Assembly: GCA_963733375.1 (NCBI GenBank) | Contig: CAVTDB010000025.1 | Coordinates: 64,001 to 128,000, forward strand | DNA from: Nitrospirota bacterium | Lineage (GTDB): Bacteria > Nitrospirota > JACRHJ01 | Direction of reading: 5' to 3' | DNA: 64,000 nucleotides | Shown: positions 40,637 to 51,644 of the stretch, piece by piece | Position numbering within the stretch: position 1 is the first letter of the stretch | Layout of the letters: each line of letters starts with the position of its first letter | Position numbers and translations under genes: made by a program | Notes under the pieces: model-generated | Told to the model about the DNA's origin: nothing | Databases searched by the model: none | Seen by the model: the letters and a program-made list of their open reading frames with translations, nothing else

Positions 40637-42810
40637 GTCTCTCCGTTAATGAGCGGGAGGCGCACACTGAATGTCGTACCCTCCCCGACCTGGCTTTCGA
40701 CCGATATCTCGCCCTTTAAATCTTTTATGATATTATAGCTCACGGCGAGGCCAAGGCCCGTGCCTTTGCCGGTCTGCTTCGTCGTATAAAACGGGTCGAA
40801 TATCCTGCCCAGGTTTTCAGGCGCGATCCCTATCCCCGTATCCGACACGTCCACCACGCATTTATCTCCCGCGGTTTTATGTTTTTCAAGGTAGGTGCGC
40901 ACCGAGAGCGTCCCCTTTTCCGGCATCGCGTCCAGTGCGTTAAGCGCCAGGTTTACGAATACCGATACCAGCCATTTTTCGTCCGCCATCACCATCAGCT
41001 TATCCGGACAATAGGACGATTCGAGCTTTATGCCCTTCAGGGAGTCCCCGTGTCCGCCGATCAGGTCGAACGCGGCCTTCGCCGCCTCGTTTAAATCCAC
41101 CGGCGCCTTTTCCATGGTATAGCTCCGGGAGAAGCCGGACATCTGCTGGAGTATCTCCTTTATGCGGTTCATATGGAACGCGACCGTGTCCAGGGTGTTG
41201 TTGGTGAACTCGTCATAGACGTTTCCCTGCAGTATCTGGACATAGGAATATATCGCCGTGAGCGGGTTGCCTATCTCGTGCGCGATGCCGGCGGAGATGC
41301 GGCCAAGCGCGGCCAGCTTCTCCGAGTGCATCATCTGCTGCTCCAGGCGCCGCATCGCGGATATGTCCTGTATGAGCTCCACCGCCTGCCGCACGTGCCC
41401 GTCGGCGTCTTTTATCGGCGCGATTATTATCTGGAAATTGCCCACGCTCTCGTCCGTGAGCATCGCCAGGAGGTCTCCCCCCATATCGCCTGTCGAGCCG
41501 TCCGGCCTGGTCCCAGGCTTCCTGCACACTATTTCCGTCTGGGCTATCTCCCCGTATTTAAAGACGGAACCCATAACGCATTCAGGGCATGGAGCGCCGA
41601 GGTCCCTGAATGCGGCATAACATTTCCTGCCGACGGGGTTCGGCGTCTTGGACGTTATGACCTCGTTCGCCCACTGCACGTTATACCCGTCGTCGATAAG
41701 CGAGACGCACGCCCCGAAGCCGGAGAGTATGGCATGCAGCTTCTCCTTTTCGGAGGTCAGCTCGCTGGTGCGCTCTCGAATCCTGTCCTCCAGTTCCGCC
41801 GCATACTTCGCCCGCTCGTCCGCCGCGGTTTTCTTCTCCACCAGGACTATGAAAAAGACGGAGGTCCCGATGACGGTGGCGAATATGAGCCAGATGAGCC
41901 AGGAGTAAAGCCTCATGCTCTTGGCGATCAGCCCGGTCACCTCCGAGTACGGCATCGTCACGCAGACCACCCACGACTCGCTCCCGACCCTTGCGCGGGA
42001 ATACGATATCAGCTTGTCCTCTCCCATCGGCGCGGTATACACGCCGTACTCCATCCTGCCTTCCAGTATCTTCTTTTCCGCATCGAACGAGCGGTGGCAC
42101 GTGTAGCAGGTTTTTGCGGCTTTAGTCACACGCCTGCCTATCATCTCCGGGTGTTCGGGATGGTAGACCAGTTTCCCGTGACTGTCCATCACCCAGGCAT
42201 AGCCCTTATCGCCCATCCTTATCTGGGAGACGAACTCCCCGGCGATGTCGTCCACGCTGATGGCGAAAAGCGCCGCGCCGGCGTACTTGCCCGCATTGAA
42301 TATGGGGGTCGAGAGGACAATGTACCTTTTATCGGGGTTCATCTCGTGCAGCTTCATCAGTTCGGAAATATAAACCTCTCCCTTCGGGAGCTCGCGGGTC
42401 TTCGTGAAATAGACCCTGTCGGACACGTCCATCCCCGCGAGCGCCGGGGAGCTCCTGTTGAACTTTATAATCCCGCGGCTGTCTACAATCTGGAAGTTGA
42501 CGACGGTCAGGTCTTCCTTCGGCATGTCGTCCAGGAAGGTGGATATTATCTTTTTGTTCTGGGAGTTTTTCTGCATAAACAAAATGGACGGAAGCTGCGA
42601 GATGGTGACCAGGTGCTTCTCGTAGTGGTCCACCTGCTTCTCGATGGAAAGCGCGGCGCCCCTGGCCAGAAGGAGCTGCTGGCGGTTGAACTGCCTGGTT
42701 ATGTCCGCTTTCAGGTTCGCCTGAAAGACGATATTTAAATAAACGATTACGGAAATGATAACGAGGAATATCGAGATGTAGGCGAGGCTATGAGTCTGAG
42801 GTCTCTTCAT
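40633..42810 (-). CDS. Sensor histidine kinase with heme-c (CYTCH) Cache domain and Cys-rich PAS
   Basis: Two TM helices flank a Cache-like domain containing CYTCH; PAS with KCY...PCPEC; AHEIGNPL, DTGIGI, GTGLGL. Confidence 0.93.
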   Translation of the reverse strand: MKRPQTHSLAYISIFLVIISVIVYLNIVFQANLKADITRQFNRQQLLLARGAALSIEKQVDHYEKHLVTISQLPSILFMQKNSQNKKIISTFLDDMPKEDLTVVNFQIVDSRGIIKFNRSSPALAGMDVSDRVYFTKTRELPKGEVYISELMKLHEMNPDKRYIVLSTPIFNAGKYAGAALFAISVDDIAGEFVSQIRMGDKGYAWVMDSHGKLVYHPEHPEMIGRRVTKAAKTCYTCHRSFDAEKKILEGRMEYGVYTAPMGEDKLISYSRARVGSESWVVCVTMPYSEVTGLIAKSMRLYSWLIWLIFATVIGTSVFFIVLVEKKTAADERAKYAAELEDRIRERTSELTSEKEKLHAILSGFGACVSLIDDGYNVQWANEVITSKTPNPVGRKCYAAFRDLGAPCPECVMGSVFKYGEIAQTEIVCRKPGTRPDGSTGDMGGDLLAMLTDESVGNFQIIIAPIKDADGHVRQAVELIQDISAMRRLEQQMMHSEKLAALGRISAGIAHEIGNPLTAIYSYVQILQGNVYDEFTNNTLDTVAFHMNRIKEILQQMSGFSRSYTMEKAPVDLNEAAKAAFDLIGGHGDSLKGIKLESSYCPDKLMVMADEKWLVSVFVNLALNALDAMPEKGTLSVRTYLEKHKTAGDKCVVDVSDTGIGIAPENLGRIFDPFYTTKQTGKGTGLGLAVSYNIIKDLKGEISVESQVGEGTTFSVRLPLINGET

Positions 42811-42864
42811 TTCTCCCCTTCGTCCTTAAAATTCTCTGAAAAAAGGATTAGCTTTCAGCCGCCG

Positions 42865-44416
42865 CTACCGGATAGTGACTCCCAGGCCCTTGTCCGAGTT
42901 CGAAATGGGATAAAGACGGTATCCGCCGACCCTGGGCCCCAAGACAACATAGTCCTTCTTATGCCAGAAGAATACCCACGGCGCCATCTCGACTACGCGC
43001 TCCTGGGCATTGCGGTAAAGCCGAATCCGCTCTCCCGGGTCCGGCTCGCCCTGGGCCCGTTTTATCAGTATATCAAATTTAGAATCATTAAAGCGGGCCC
43101 GGTTGCCCGCGGGGCCGAAATTACCGCTGTAGAAGACCGGATACAGGAAATTTTCAGGGTCCGGGTAGTCCGCCTGCCAGGAAAGCCAGAACAAATCCGC
43201 CTGCCCCTCGTTCACGGCCGTCTTAAAAGCCGACCATTCAAGCTGGACGATCGATGCGTGAATCCCTATTTCCGCGAGATACTGCTGTATCACCTCCACC
43301 ATGTCCAGCGTCTCCTGCTCCGCCCCGATGTAAATCTTCAGGTCCAGCCCGTCTTCGTGGCCGGACTCCTTCAGGAGGCGTTTCGCCTCCGCAGGGTTAT
43401 ATCCGTATGGGAAAATCAGCCGGCGGGGGAAGCAAAAAGCCGGGGACCGGCCCTTTCGCCAGCACCCCCCTGCCCTCGTACAGCGTCTCCAGTATCCTTT
43501 TTCTGTCTATCGCCATCGATATGGCGCGGCGCACGCGGACGTCGTCAAGCGGCGGACGGGAGCAGTTCATCCCCAGGTAATATGTATTAAGCCCCACCTG
43601 GGACAGAAGCCTCCCCTTATATTTCGCGCCCTGGGAGTACCGCCTGAACTCCGGCGCGGGCACGTTAAGCGCGTCCAGGTTTCCCCTCTCGAACTCCGCC
43701 ACGGCGGTCAGCTCCTCCGGTATCACCCGGTACGATATGCCGCCAACCCCCGGCATGCCGCCGAAATATCCCCGGTTCGCCGTAAGGAGCAGCCGGCTTC
43801 CGTGCTCCCACTTAAAAAGCGTATAAGGCCCCGTGCCCACCGGGTGGTCGGAGAAATGCTCCCCGTATTTCTCTACGTCTTCCTTCGGCACGACGTATGC
43901 GCCGGGCATGGCAAGAAGTCCCAGGAAAGGTCCGAAAGGCTCACGCAGCTCTATGACAAGCGTGCGGGAGTCCGGGCATCTGATGCCGGCTACCTCCGCG
44001 CGACTGCCGTCCATGAACTGCCTGGCCCCTTTTATCCTGTCGAACAGCCAGGTGCGGGGAGAGTTTGTTTTCGGCGACAGCACTCGCTCGAAGCTGTATT
44101 TGAAATCGGCGGAAGTCACTTCCCTGCCGTTTGAAAATTTTACGCCGGGGCGGATATTGAAGGTGTACGTAAGCCCGTCGGGGCTGACGCTCCAGGAAGA
44201 GGCGAGGCCGGGGATGATCCGCGCCTTATCGTCGTACGAGACCAGGCCGTCGAATATCTTCGCGGCTACCTGGCCGCCGGGCACGTCCACGATATACGCC
44301 GGGTCGAGCGTGGTGGGGTCGTCCGTCAATCGCAGGCGCAGGTACGAATTATTTTCATGGGACGAGCAGGAGAATAAAAGGAGGGCGGACAGTAATATAA
44401 ATAATCTTTTAAGCAT
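42865..44416 (-). CDS. Peptide ABC transporter substrate-binding lipoprotein (family 5), frameshifted
   Basis: Lipobox LFSCS, PTTLDP, PGLASSW, PVGTGPY, DVRVRRA, WQADYPDP. Confidence 0.92.
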
Positions 44417-45094
44417 CAACATCTTTTTATAAAAGCCTCGAACAGCCGCCTCGACGACTCCTCTTCCTGCATCCGCTCCGGGTGCCACTGCACGCCCACG
44501 ACGAACTTCTCGCCCGGAAGTTCTATGGCCTCCACTATCCCGTCGTCCGACACGGCGGACGCATAAAGCTCCGGCGCGACTTCTTTTATGGCCTGGTGGT
44601 GATAGCTGTTCACGGCCATGCGTTCAATCCCCATGATCTCTTTCAGCCTGCTCTCCACGGGCGAGCGACACCATGTGCCGGATGTCCCGGCCCGTTTCCT
44701 TGTGGCCGGGGATGTCCTGGTGCAGCTTGCCGCCGAAATAAACGTTTATCGACTGGATGCCGAGGCATATCCCAAGCACCGGCTTACCGAGCGCCAGCAT
44801 CTCCCGGAGCAGCGCGAAATCGAAGTCCGTCCGAAGGTCGGGAGACAGCATCGTGCCGTCCGTCAGTTCCTCGGAGTAGTACCTCGGGTGGATGTCGTCG
44901 CCGCCGGAAAGTAACAGGCCGTCGATGCGCCGCGCGTACTCCTCCGGCACGGACTCGCCCTCCATTATGGGTATCATAAAGGGCGTCCCGCCGAACTGGT
45001 ACACGGCGTCGGCGTAGCTCTTGTCCAGGTACGCCCAGAAGCCGCCGCGCTCTTTAAATTCCAGGTCCTGGGTTATTCCGATTATCGGTCGCAT
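44416..45094 (-). CDS. Peptidase C26 / gamma-glutamyl hydrolase (PuuD-like), frameshifted
   Basis: RPIIGIT, LLSGGDD, GICLG, VNSYHHQA, VQWHPE. Confidence 0.92.
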
Positions 45095-45107
45095 AAACTC
45101 CAAAACC

Positions 45108-45203
45108 GTTACTTTTCTTTCGCGGGAAAGAAAAGTAACACAAAAGAAAGCGGGGTTTTTCACCCTAAAAGTTTTTGGCGTTACCTTTTTCCAAAAAGGT
45201 AAC
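45108..45203. repeat. Repeat family A copy
   Basis: GTTACTTTTCTTTC..GAAAGAAAAGTAAC...AAAAGTTTTTGGC-GTTACCTTTTT..AAAAAGGTAAC. Confidence 0.9.
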
Positions 45204-45206
45204 GGT

Positions 45207-46783
45207 TCAGCCTTTTCTTAAAATTTCCCCCGCGCGTTCCCCCGTCTGTTTCCCGTCCCGTACCGCGAACTTCCCGTTCACGAGCACATGCTCTATACCC
45301 TTCGGGAACTGATACGGGTCCTCGAAAGTCGCCGTATCGATAATAGTTGATGGGTTAAAGATGACCAGGTCCGCGAAGAAACCTTCTTTTATATATCCGC
45401 GTCCTTGCAGGCCCAGCTTCTCAGCCGGCATCCCGGAGAGTTTCCGGACGGCCTGCGGGAGTTCCAGTATTTTCTCGTCCCTGGCATATCTGCCCAAGTA
45501 CACGCGGGAAGCTCCCGAAGCCGCGCGGGTGCGGCTTGCCCTGCCTCGTTACTCCGGAGGTGCCGCGCGCGGTGGAATCGGAGCCGACCATCATCCAGTC
45601 CAGTATGAGGAACCGTCTGCAGGTTGTCCTCGCTCATGGAGAAGTAAATCGCCTGGGCGCGCGCGCCTTCCTCTATCAGGATATCGAATAGCGCCTCCAC
45701 CGGTTCCTGCCCGCGAATCTCGGCCGCCTCGGCGAGCGTCTTTCCTTCCAGCACGCGGTTAGCCTCAGTCGATACCGACGCAATCATCACGCGGTTCCAG
45801 TACTCCGGCACCGAATGCCCGGCCAAAACCGCCTCTCGCAACTTCGCCCGCGTTTCCGGCGCCTGGAGGCGCTCCACCTCTTTTGCGTTCCCGCCTTCGT
45901 ACGCCCACGCGGGGAGGATGGCGTCCAGGTCCGTGCTGGACGCGGTGTACGGGTAGCGGTCTGCGGAAACGTCGAGACCTTCCGCGCGCGCCTTCTCTAT
46001 CGTATCAATGATGGCTGATATTTTGTGCCAGTTGGCGGGCCCGGCGGTTTTGAGGTGCGAAATCTGCACGGGTATTTTAGCCTCGCGTCCGATTGTTATC
46101 GCCTCGTCTATCGCCTCGACGACCCTCGCCCCTTCGCTCCGCATGTGGCTGGTATATAGCCCGCCGAATTTCGCGACTACTTTTGCCAGCCGCACGATTT
46201 CAGCCGTTTCGCTATAGACGCCGGGTGGGTAGATAAGCCCGGTGGAAAGCCCCAGCGCGCCCGCCTCCATCGCGGCCGCAAGCAGGGCTTCCAGCTTCCG
46301 GAATTCTTCCTCCGTGGGCTTTCTGTCCGAGTATCCCATGACCGAGGCGCGGAGGTTCCCGTGTCCGCAGTAAGTGGCGAAGTTCAGCGCGGGCCGCGCC
46401 TTCTCAAGCGCATCAAAGTATCCCCCGAAATCCTCCCACGTCTGCGTTATCCCAAGCTCGGCGAACTCGCTCTGCCTGGCTTTCGCCGCTTCGCCGATTA
46501 ACGGCGCGGCGGACAGGCCGCAGTTCCCGGATACCTCCGTCGTCACGCCCTGCATTATTTTCGACGGCGCGGCAGGCTCGGCGAGCAGCGAGTATTCCGA
46601 GTGCGCGTGTATGTCAATGAACCCCGGCGCGGCGGCAAGGCCCGTGCAGTCGATTACTTCCGCATCCGGGACGGATAAACCGGCCTTTATACGCGCAATC
46701 TTCTCGCCGTCAATCAATATGTCGGCGGGATAGCCGTCCGAGCCGGTGCCGTCGTAGAGGATGATATTTTTAAATAGTAGCAT
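45207..46783 (-). CDS. N-acyl-D-amino-acid deacylase (D-aminoacylase), frameshifted
   Basis: PGFIDIHAH, GNCG, STGLIYPPG, SHMRSEG, SHLK, YPYTASST, ADLVIF. Confidence 0.93.
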
Positions 46784-46859
46784 TATTATTTTCTCATTTA
46801 TAGTAAATCATATATCCATATCGGCACTATTGCAATAAATACTAAAATCTTACAATCAT

Positions 46860-47306
46860 CGGTAAAACTTCCAGAACTGTTTCTACCTGATAAAATATCT
46901 TTTATTCCATCAGCTACAAAATAAAGCGAACTTATAAGTCCAAGCAATACGAAATAAGTATTTTGCGATTATTTCTTTCTTAGTAAAGGATTCGATATAG
47001 CTCAGCTTTTAGTTCTGAAACATCACATCCCTTTACCAATCTCCTTGCCGAAAAATCATATAAATAAAAAATAGATTGGAACCGATATTAAAAATAGCGT
47101 CCAAAATGGTGGGCAAGAGTTGAATGATGAGTAGAAATGGAATCCAAAACAAATGCCAGGTCTTGATAAATGCGTTTACTTTTTTAGTAACTGGTGTCAT
47201 CGGCAATATGTAACCCTTACCCATGCATTCCATATCGGATAAATATTTTTCTACCATCAGGCGCCGTTTTGAACAGCACGTCCGCCAATCCATCAAAATA
47301 GCCCAT
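46860..47306 (-). pseudogene. AT-rich hypothetical membrane protein, fragmented
   Basis: Starts MGYFDGLADVLFKTAPDGR overlapping the cupin stop. Continues KGYILP and a hydrophobic stretch in other frames; 3' end uncertain. Confidence 0.4.
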
Positions 47307-47851
47307 CAATCCCCCTCTATATACCCGATATACTTCCCCTTCGTCTCTTCGGATTCGTCCAGCTTTTTTATGTCTTCTTCGTCGAGAGTCTTCGGCCTGT
47401 CGCGCTCGGCGTCCACGATGCAGATGAAGCCGAAGGGTTCCTCGAACGGGTTGAATAGCTGGTGCGGCTCGCTCGGGGCGACGTAGAGCGTGTCCATGAA
47501 GCCGACCTCGAAAATCTTGTCTCCGGCGAGCGCATGGCCTTTGCCCCGGACGCATATCACGACGTGCTCGTGCTCGTGCTTCTCAAGGGAACTGTGCCCG
47601 CCCGGCTCCACCTCGAAATACCGGACATGGAACTTGGCGGACTCGCCCCTCATGCCGATTATAGTCTGCCGGTCGATGCCGCAGAAACACGCCCCTCCAA
47701 TGGCACCCTCCTTATTACCCTCCCCACCCGTGGGGGAGGGGGGACCGGCTCCTGCCGGTGGGTGAGGGCTCTTGTACGGCTCCTTCGCGATTTCGTTCCA
47801 GGTGTAGTCGGGGTTGAACTTGTGAAGCCGGCTTTTAGTCATTGTTTCCAC
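47306..47851 (-). CDS. Cupin-domain protein with in-frame palindromic insertion
   Basis: RYFEVEPGGHSSLEKHEHEH, PHQ, FGFICIVDAERDRP. Confidence 0.9.
   Translation of the reverse strand: METMTKSRLHKFNPDYTWNEIAKEPYKSPHPPAGAGPPSPTGGEGNKEGAIGGACFCGIDRQTIIGMRGESAKFHVRYFEVEPGGHSSLEKHEHEHVVICVRGKGHALAGDKIFEVGFMDTLYVAPSEPHQLFNPFEEPFGFICIVDAERDRPKTLDEEDIKKLDESEETKGKYIGYIEGD
47718..47768. repeat. REP-like family B element inside the cupin CDS
   Basis: Minus strand CCCTCACCC-ACCGGCAGGAGCCGGT-CCCCCTCCCCCACGGGTGGGGAGGG; compare 21560-21600 and 54737-54776. Confidence 0.7.
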
Positions 47852-47884
47852 ACTTTCTTGGGTTTGCAGCCGGCCGGGCCGGCC

Positions 47885-48616
47885 TTAGCGGCCCCAGGGT
47901 CGTTTGCCTTCAATTGTGCCCCTTTCGGTGAATTCGATTATCTTGTCCGCTATCTCTTCCGGCTCGTCGAGGATCGTCATAAGTTCCAGGTCGCCCGGGG
48001 ATACCATCCCCTCATGCAGGAGGTGGTCGTTTACCCAGCCCCACAGCCCCGACCAGAACTTCCTGTCCACAAAGATGATCGGGAACGGGCGGATCTTCAT
48101 GGTCTGGATGAGCGTGAGCGCCTCGAAGGCCTCGTCCATCGTGCCGAAGCCGCCGGGGAAGATGATGAACCCGGAGGAGTATTTCACCAGCATCACCTTG
48201 CGGATAAAGAAGTGCCGGAAATTCACGATTTTCGTCAGGTACGGGTTATGCTCCTGCTCGAGCGGCAGTTCTATGTTCAGCCCGACGGACTTCCCGCCGC
48301 TCTCGAACGCGCCGCGGTTCGCCGCTTCCATGAGGCCGGGGCCGCCGCCGGTGACGACGGTGATGCCCTTTTCCGCCATGATCTTGCCCAGGCGGCGTGC
48401 GGTCTGGTAACGGAGGTCCGTGGACTTGGAGCGGGCGGAGCCGAAGACGGTAACGGCCGGGCCGACGCCGCGCATCTGCTCGAAACCTTCGACGAACTCG
48501 GACATTATCCGGAACATCCGCCAGGTATCGCCTACTTTTAATTCATCGACTAAAAACTGCTCTTTTGTCAGGTAGTCGCCGTTGTTTCTTTCGTACGGGG
48601 GCACTTTCGGTTCCAT
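47885..48616 (-). CDS. LOG family (TIGR00730) nucleotide phosphoribohydrolase
   Basis: VFGSAR, TGGGPGLMEA, FFIRK, PGGFGTMDE. Confidence 0.93.
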   Translation of the reverse strand: MEPKVPPYERNNGDYLTKEQFLVDELKVGDTWRMFRIMSEFVEGFEQMRGVGPAVTVFGSARSKSTDLRYQTARRLGKIMAEKGITVVTGGGPGLMEAANRGAFESGGKSVGLNIELPLEQEHNPYLTKIVNFRHFFIRKVMLVKYSSGFIIFPGGFGTMDEAFEALTLIQTMKIRPFPIIFVDRKFWSGLWGWVNDHLLHEGMVSPGDLELMTILDEPEEIADKIIEFTERGTIEGKRPWGR

Positions 48617-48639
48617 AAAACCTCGTTTCAGGAAAAATC

Positions 48640-48730
48640 GTTACTTTTCTTTTCGCGAGAAAGAAAAGTAACCAAAAGAAAGCGGAACAGTTTAAAAGTT
48701 TTTGGCGTTACCTTTTTCCAAAAAGGTAAC
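48640..48730. repeat. Repeat family A copy
   Basis: Same two-hairpin consensus as 45108..45203. Confidence 0.9.
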
Positions 48731-48744
48731 AAAGGTCTTGTTAA

Positions 48745-48775
48745 TAAAAAAGCCCGGCGCAAAGTGCACCGGGCT
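48745..48775 (-). terminator. Intrinsic terminator after the Cbc-like operon
   Basis: AGCCCGG...CCGGGCT with a T tract on the minus strand. Confidence 0.7.
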
Positions 48776-48861
48776 AATATTTTATTTTAATTACGGGAGG
48801 ATTGCAACATGCTTCTAAGCTCCCCCCCGTACCCTCCTACATATCTCTAACGCGTCCCCGC

Positions 48862-50146
48862 TTAGTCCGACTCTTTCTCCACTATGAAGACAGGCATGAA
48901 CTTGTTGAATATGTAGAACAGGATGAACGGCGTAGCCGCCACGCAGAGCACACCGCCCAGGCCCTCCTTGAACGTCTCCAGGTTATGCGGGATTACCGGG
49001 AAATGGTAGTCCATGAAACCGTGGAATGTAAGCGAGAACGCCTGGCCGCCGATGACGACGTTCCACCTCATCATGAACACCCCGAACAGGACCAGTATCG
49101 AGATTAAGAGGGTCCGCCTGACCGTAATGCCGGGAAGCAGCAGAAGGATGAACGGGACCAGGTTCCCGATGCCGTACTGAAGGATGAATATTTTATAGAA
49201 GTCCCTCTGGTAGATAACCTGGCGAAGCACGTCCCAGGACTTCATGGCCGTGTATCCCCTGAAGATCAGGTCCAGAAGCTCAAGGCTTATGGCGGCGATC
49301 ATGAAGTAAAGGAGCGCCTTCGTGGCAAGCCTCACCTCCTGGTCCTCAACGCCCCTTATATGCTCTTCATCCTGAAAGCCGTAGTGAAGACGGCTTTTTC
49401 TCTTGATCTTTGCATAAGTGTTTGCGCATTTCCATGACGACAATATAGACCAGCAGGCAGAGCGCGATGCCGGAGACGATGGCGGACATTATGAATATGA
49501 CCGGCATCAGCGGCGTCATCCACAGCGCGTTTGCCTTGACCGAGCCGAAGATAAACCCGGCATAGCCGTGCAGGAAGCAGGCGACTGGTATGCCTATACC
49601 CGCCAGGACGCCCATTGCCTTATGGTCTTTGGCAAGCGCCGGTTCGCTGATGTCCCACACCCCGAGGGTGAGGACGCTGAAGATCATCTGGCGGATGCCG
49701 TCCACGGCGGATTTATCCGGCTTGTTCTTGAGCGCCTGGGCAGTCTCCACGAAATATTTCCTGTAGCAGAAGTAAAGCTCGCAGGCCACTATGGCGGCGT
49801 AGGTCGAGAACACTATTCCAAATGCCGCGATGGCGGAGGTGAAATGCGGCGTCATCATGACCTCTATGCCCCGGAACGGCTGCTGGAGGTGCAGAAGGAG
49901 CGGCATCATCGCCACCGGCAGGAGCGCGAAAGAAAAGACAAGCGCGAAGCGGGCTATCTCCTTCAGCTGTTTTATGCCGAAGACGTGATACAGCGAAGAA
50001 AGCACGAACGCACCCGCGACCAGGCCGGTCATGTACGGGTACATGACAATCTGAATCGCCCAGTAGATGTATTCGTTCGGCAGGACGAAGAATTCCTTGG
50101 TCGTCCAGGCCTGGCCGTGCACCAGCATGTGTGCATGTTCTAACAT
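48862..50146 (-). CDS. NrfD-family membrane subunit (Geobacter CbcU-like), frameshifted
   Basis: YPYMTGLVAG, LHLQQP, LHGYAGFIFGSVKANALW, MRWNVVIGGQ. Confidence 0.9.
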
Positions 50147-50147
50147 C

Positions 50148-50922
50148 TTAGCAAACCTCCTTGCTTAAGCCTATATAGAATGCCTGAGGCTTTGTGCCGT
50201 ATTCGCTTTTCAGGATGCCGACGCGCTGCTCCATTATAACCTTCGTCACCGGGTCGTTGGGGTCTTTCAGGTTGCCTATCTGCCTGGCCCCGAACGGGCA
50301 GGCGCCGACGCAGGCGGTCTTCATGCCGTTGCTGATGCGGTGATAGCAGAAAGTGCATTTGTCCGCGACATGGTACTTCGGATGGAAGAAACGCGCGCCG
50401 TAAGGGCAGCCCATTACGCAGTAGCCGCAGCCGATGCACCACGTCCTGTCGACCAGCACCGGGCCGTCCGGCGTTTTATAGGTCGCGCCCGACGGGGCAG
50501 ACCTGGACGCAGGGCGGGTTGTCGCACTGGTTGCAGAGCTTCGGCACGAAAAAGCCCTTGGCTATATCCTCTGGCTTGGGGGACACCGGTCCCGCCTCTC
50601 CCTGCTCGATGACCTGGGAGGTGAAGCCGTCTCTCGCCCCTTTCGGGGAGTCGGCCAGCATCTTCCCGTCCTTCGTTATGACGTAGCGTTCAACCCAGGT
50701 GCGGGTAACGTCGGCCTCGTAGGGTATGTCGTTTTCCGCCTTGCACGCCTTGACGCACATCCCGCAGCCGACGCATTTAGTCGTGTCCACGAGGAAGACC
50801 CAGTGGAGGTTCGGATTCTCGGCGAAGACCTTCTTGGGGTTTACAAGTTCCAGGGCCGCCATGGGTACGGCCGCGCCGGCCACCGCGATTATCGTGCTCT
50901 TTAAAAAGTCTCTTCTTTCCAT
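50148..50922 (-). CDS. Tat-exported NrfC-type 4Fe-4S subunit (CbcT-like), frameshifted
   Basis: MERRDFLK, CVGCGMCVKAC, CNQCDNPPCVQVCP, CIGCGYCVMGCP, KCTFC. Confidence 0.92.
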
Positions 50923-51405
50923 TATTTCATTCCCTCCAGGCTGACATTATGAGGGTTGTGGCAACTCACGCATTCAACGCCGGGGTTGTGTCCGAATGGA
51001 TCTATGCCCGGTATGACGTTCCTTCCGCTCGTCGGGTACGGGAGGTTCGCATGACACCGAAGACAGAGCTCCCGCCGCCTGTCTATCTGAAGCTTGGCCG
51101 GGTTGTCCGGGTGGTTCTGCGCCGGGCCGTGGCAGTCTTCACACGGGATCATCTTGTGCGGCGAGGCAAGGAGGCTCGTCACCTTGTCCTCGTGACAGCC
51201 CTTGCAGTACTCGTTGCCCTTGTCGAACTTGTAGCTGACCGGGAATGTCCTTCCAGTCCTTTTCGTTCCCCAGGCGATGGAAGCCGTACATATAACCCTG
51301 GTCCTGCACTCCGAAATCTCTCGGCACGTAGAAATGCCTGAAGACCAGTAACAGGGCTACCAGAACAATTACTACCTGGAGAGGCCGCCACACATGATTT
51401 TTCAA
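50922..51405 (-). CDS. Membrane-anchored tetraheme cytochrome c (CbcS-like), frameshifted
   Basis: MKNHVWRPL..TM..VPRDFG..GYMYG; CKGCH (shifted frame), CEDCH, CLRCH, CVSCH. Confidence 0.88.
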
Positions 51406-51644
51406 TTCCTGCGCTCCTTGCTTAAACGGTTAACTTAAAACCCCGCCCTGTATTGCCAAATACCCATATGAAATGAGTATTACTAAAGTAATATAGTATC
51501 GATTATTAAACTTTATTTTTAAGCGGAATGATGATGAACAAATCGGAAAGCAAAGTCAAGGCAAAAATCGACTGTCACGGATAGGTTTTTTTTATATCTG
51601 TATAACGAAAATTTATCGTTTTCTTTTTCTAAAGCCCCGCCTTA

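Noticed and set aside
41173-42738. 521-aa plus-strand ORF, and similar long antisense ORFs such as 47462..48541
   Set aside because: Antisense to clear genes, with no motifs or RBS; expected from GC-rich codon bias.
48862-51405. Cytochrome/NrfC/NrfD operon as a novel complex
   Set aside because: It matches the already described Geobacter CbcSTU-type three-gene architecture.
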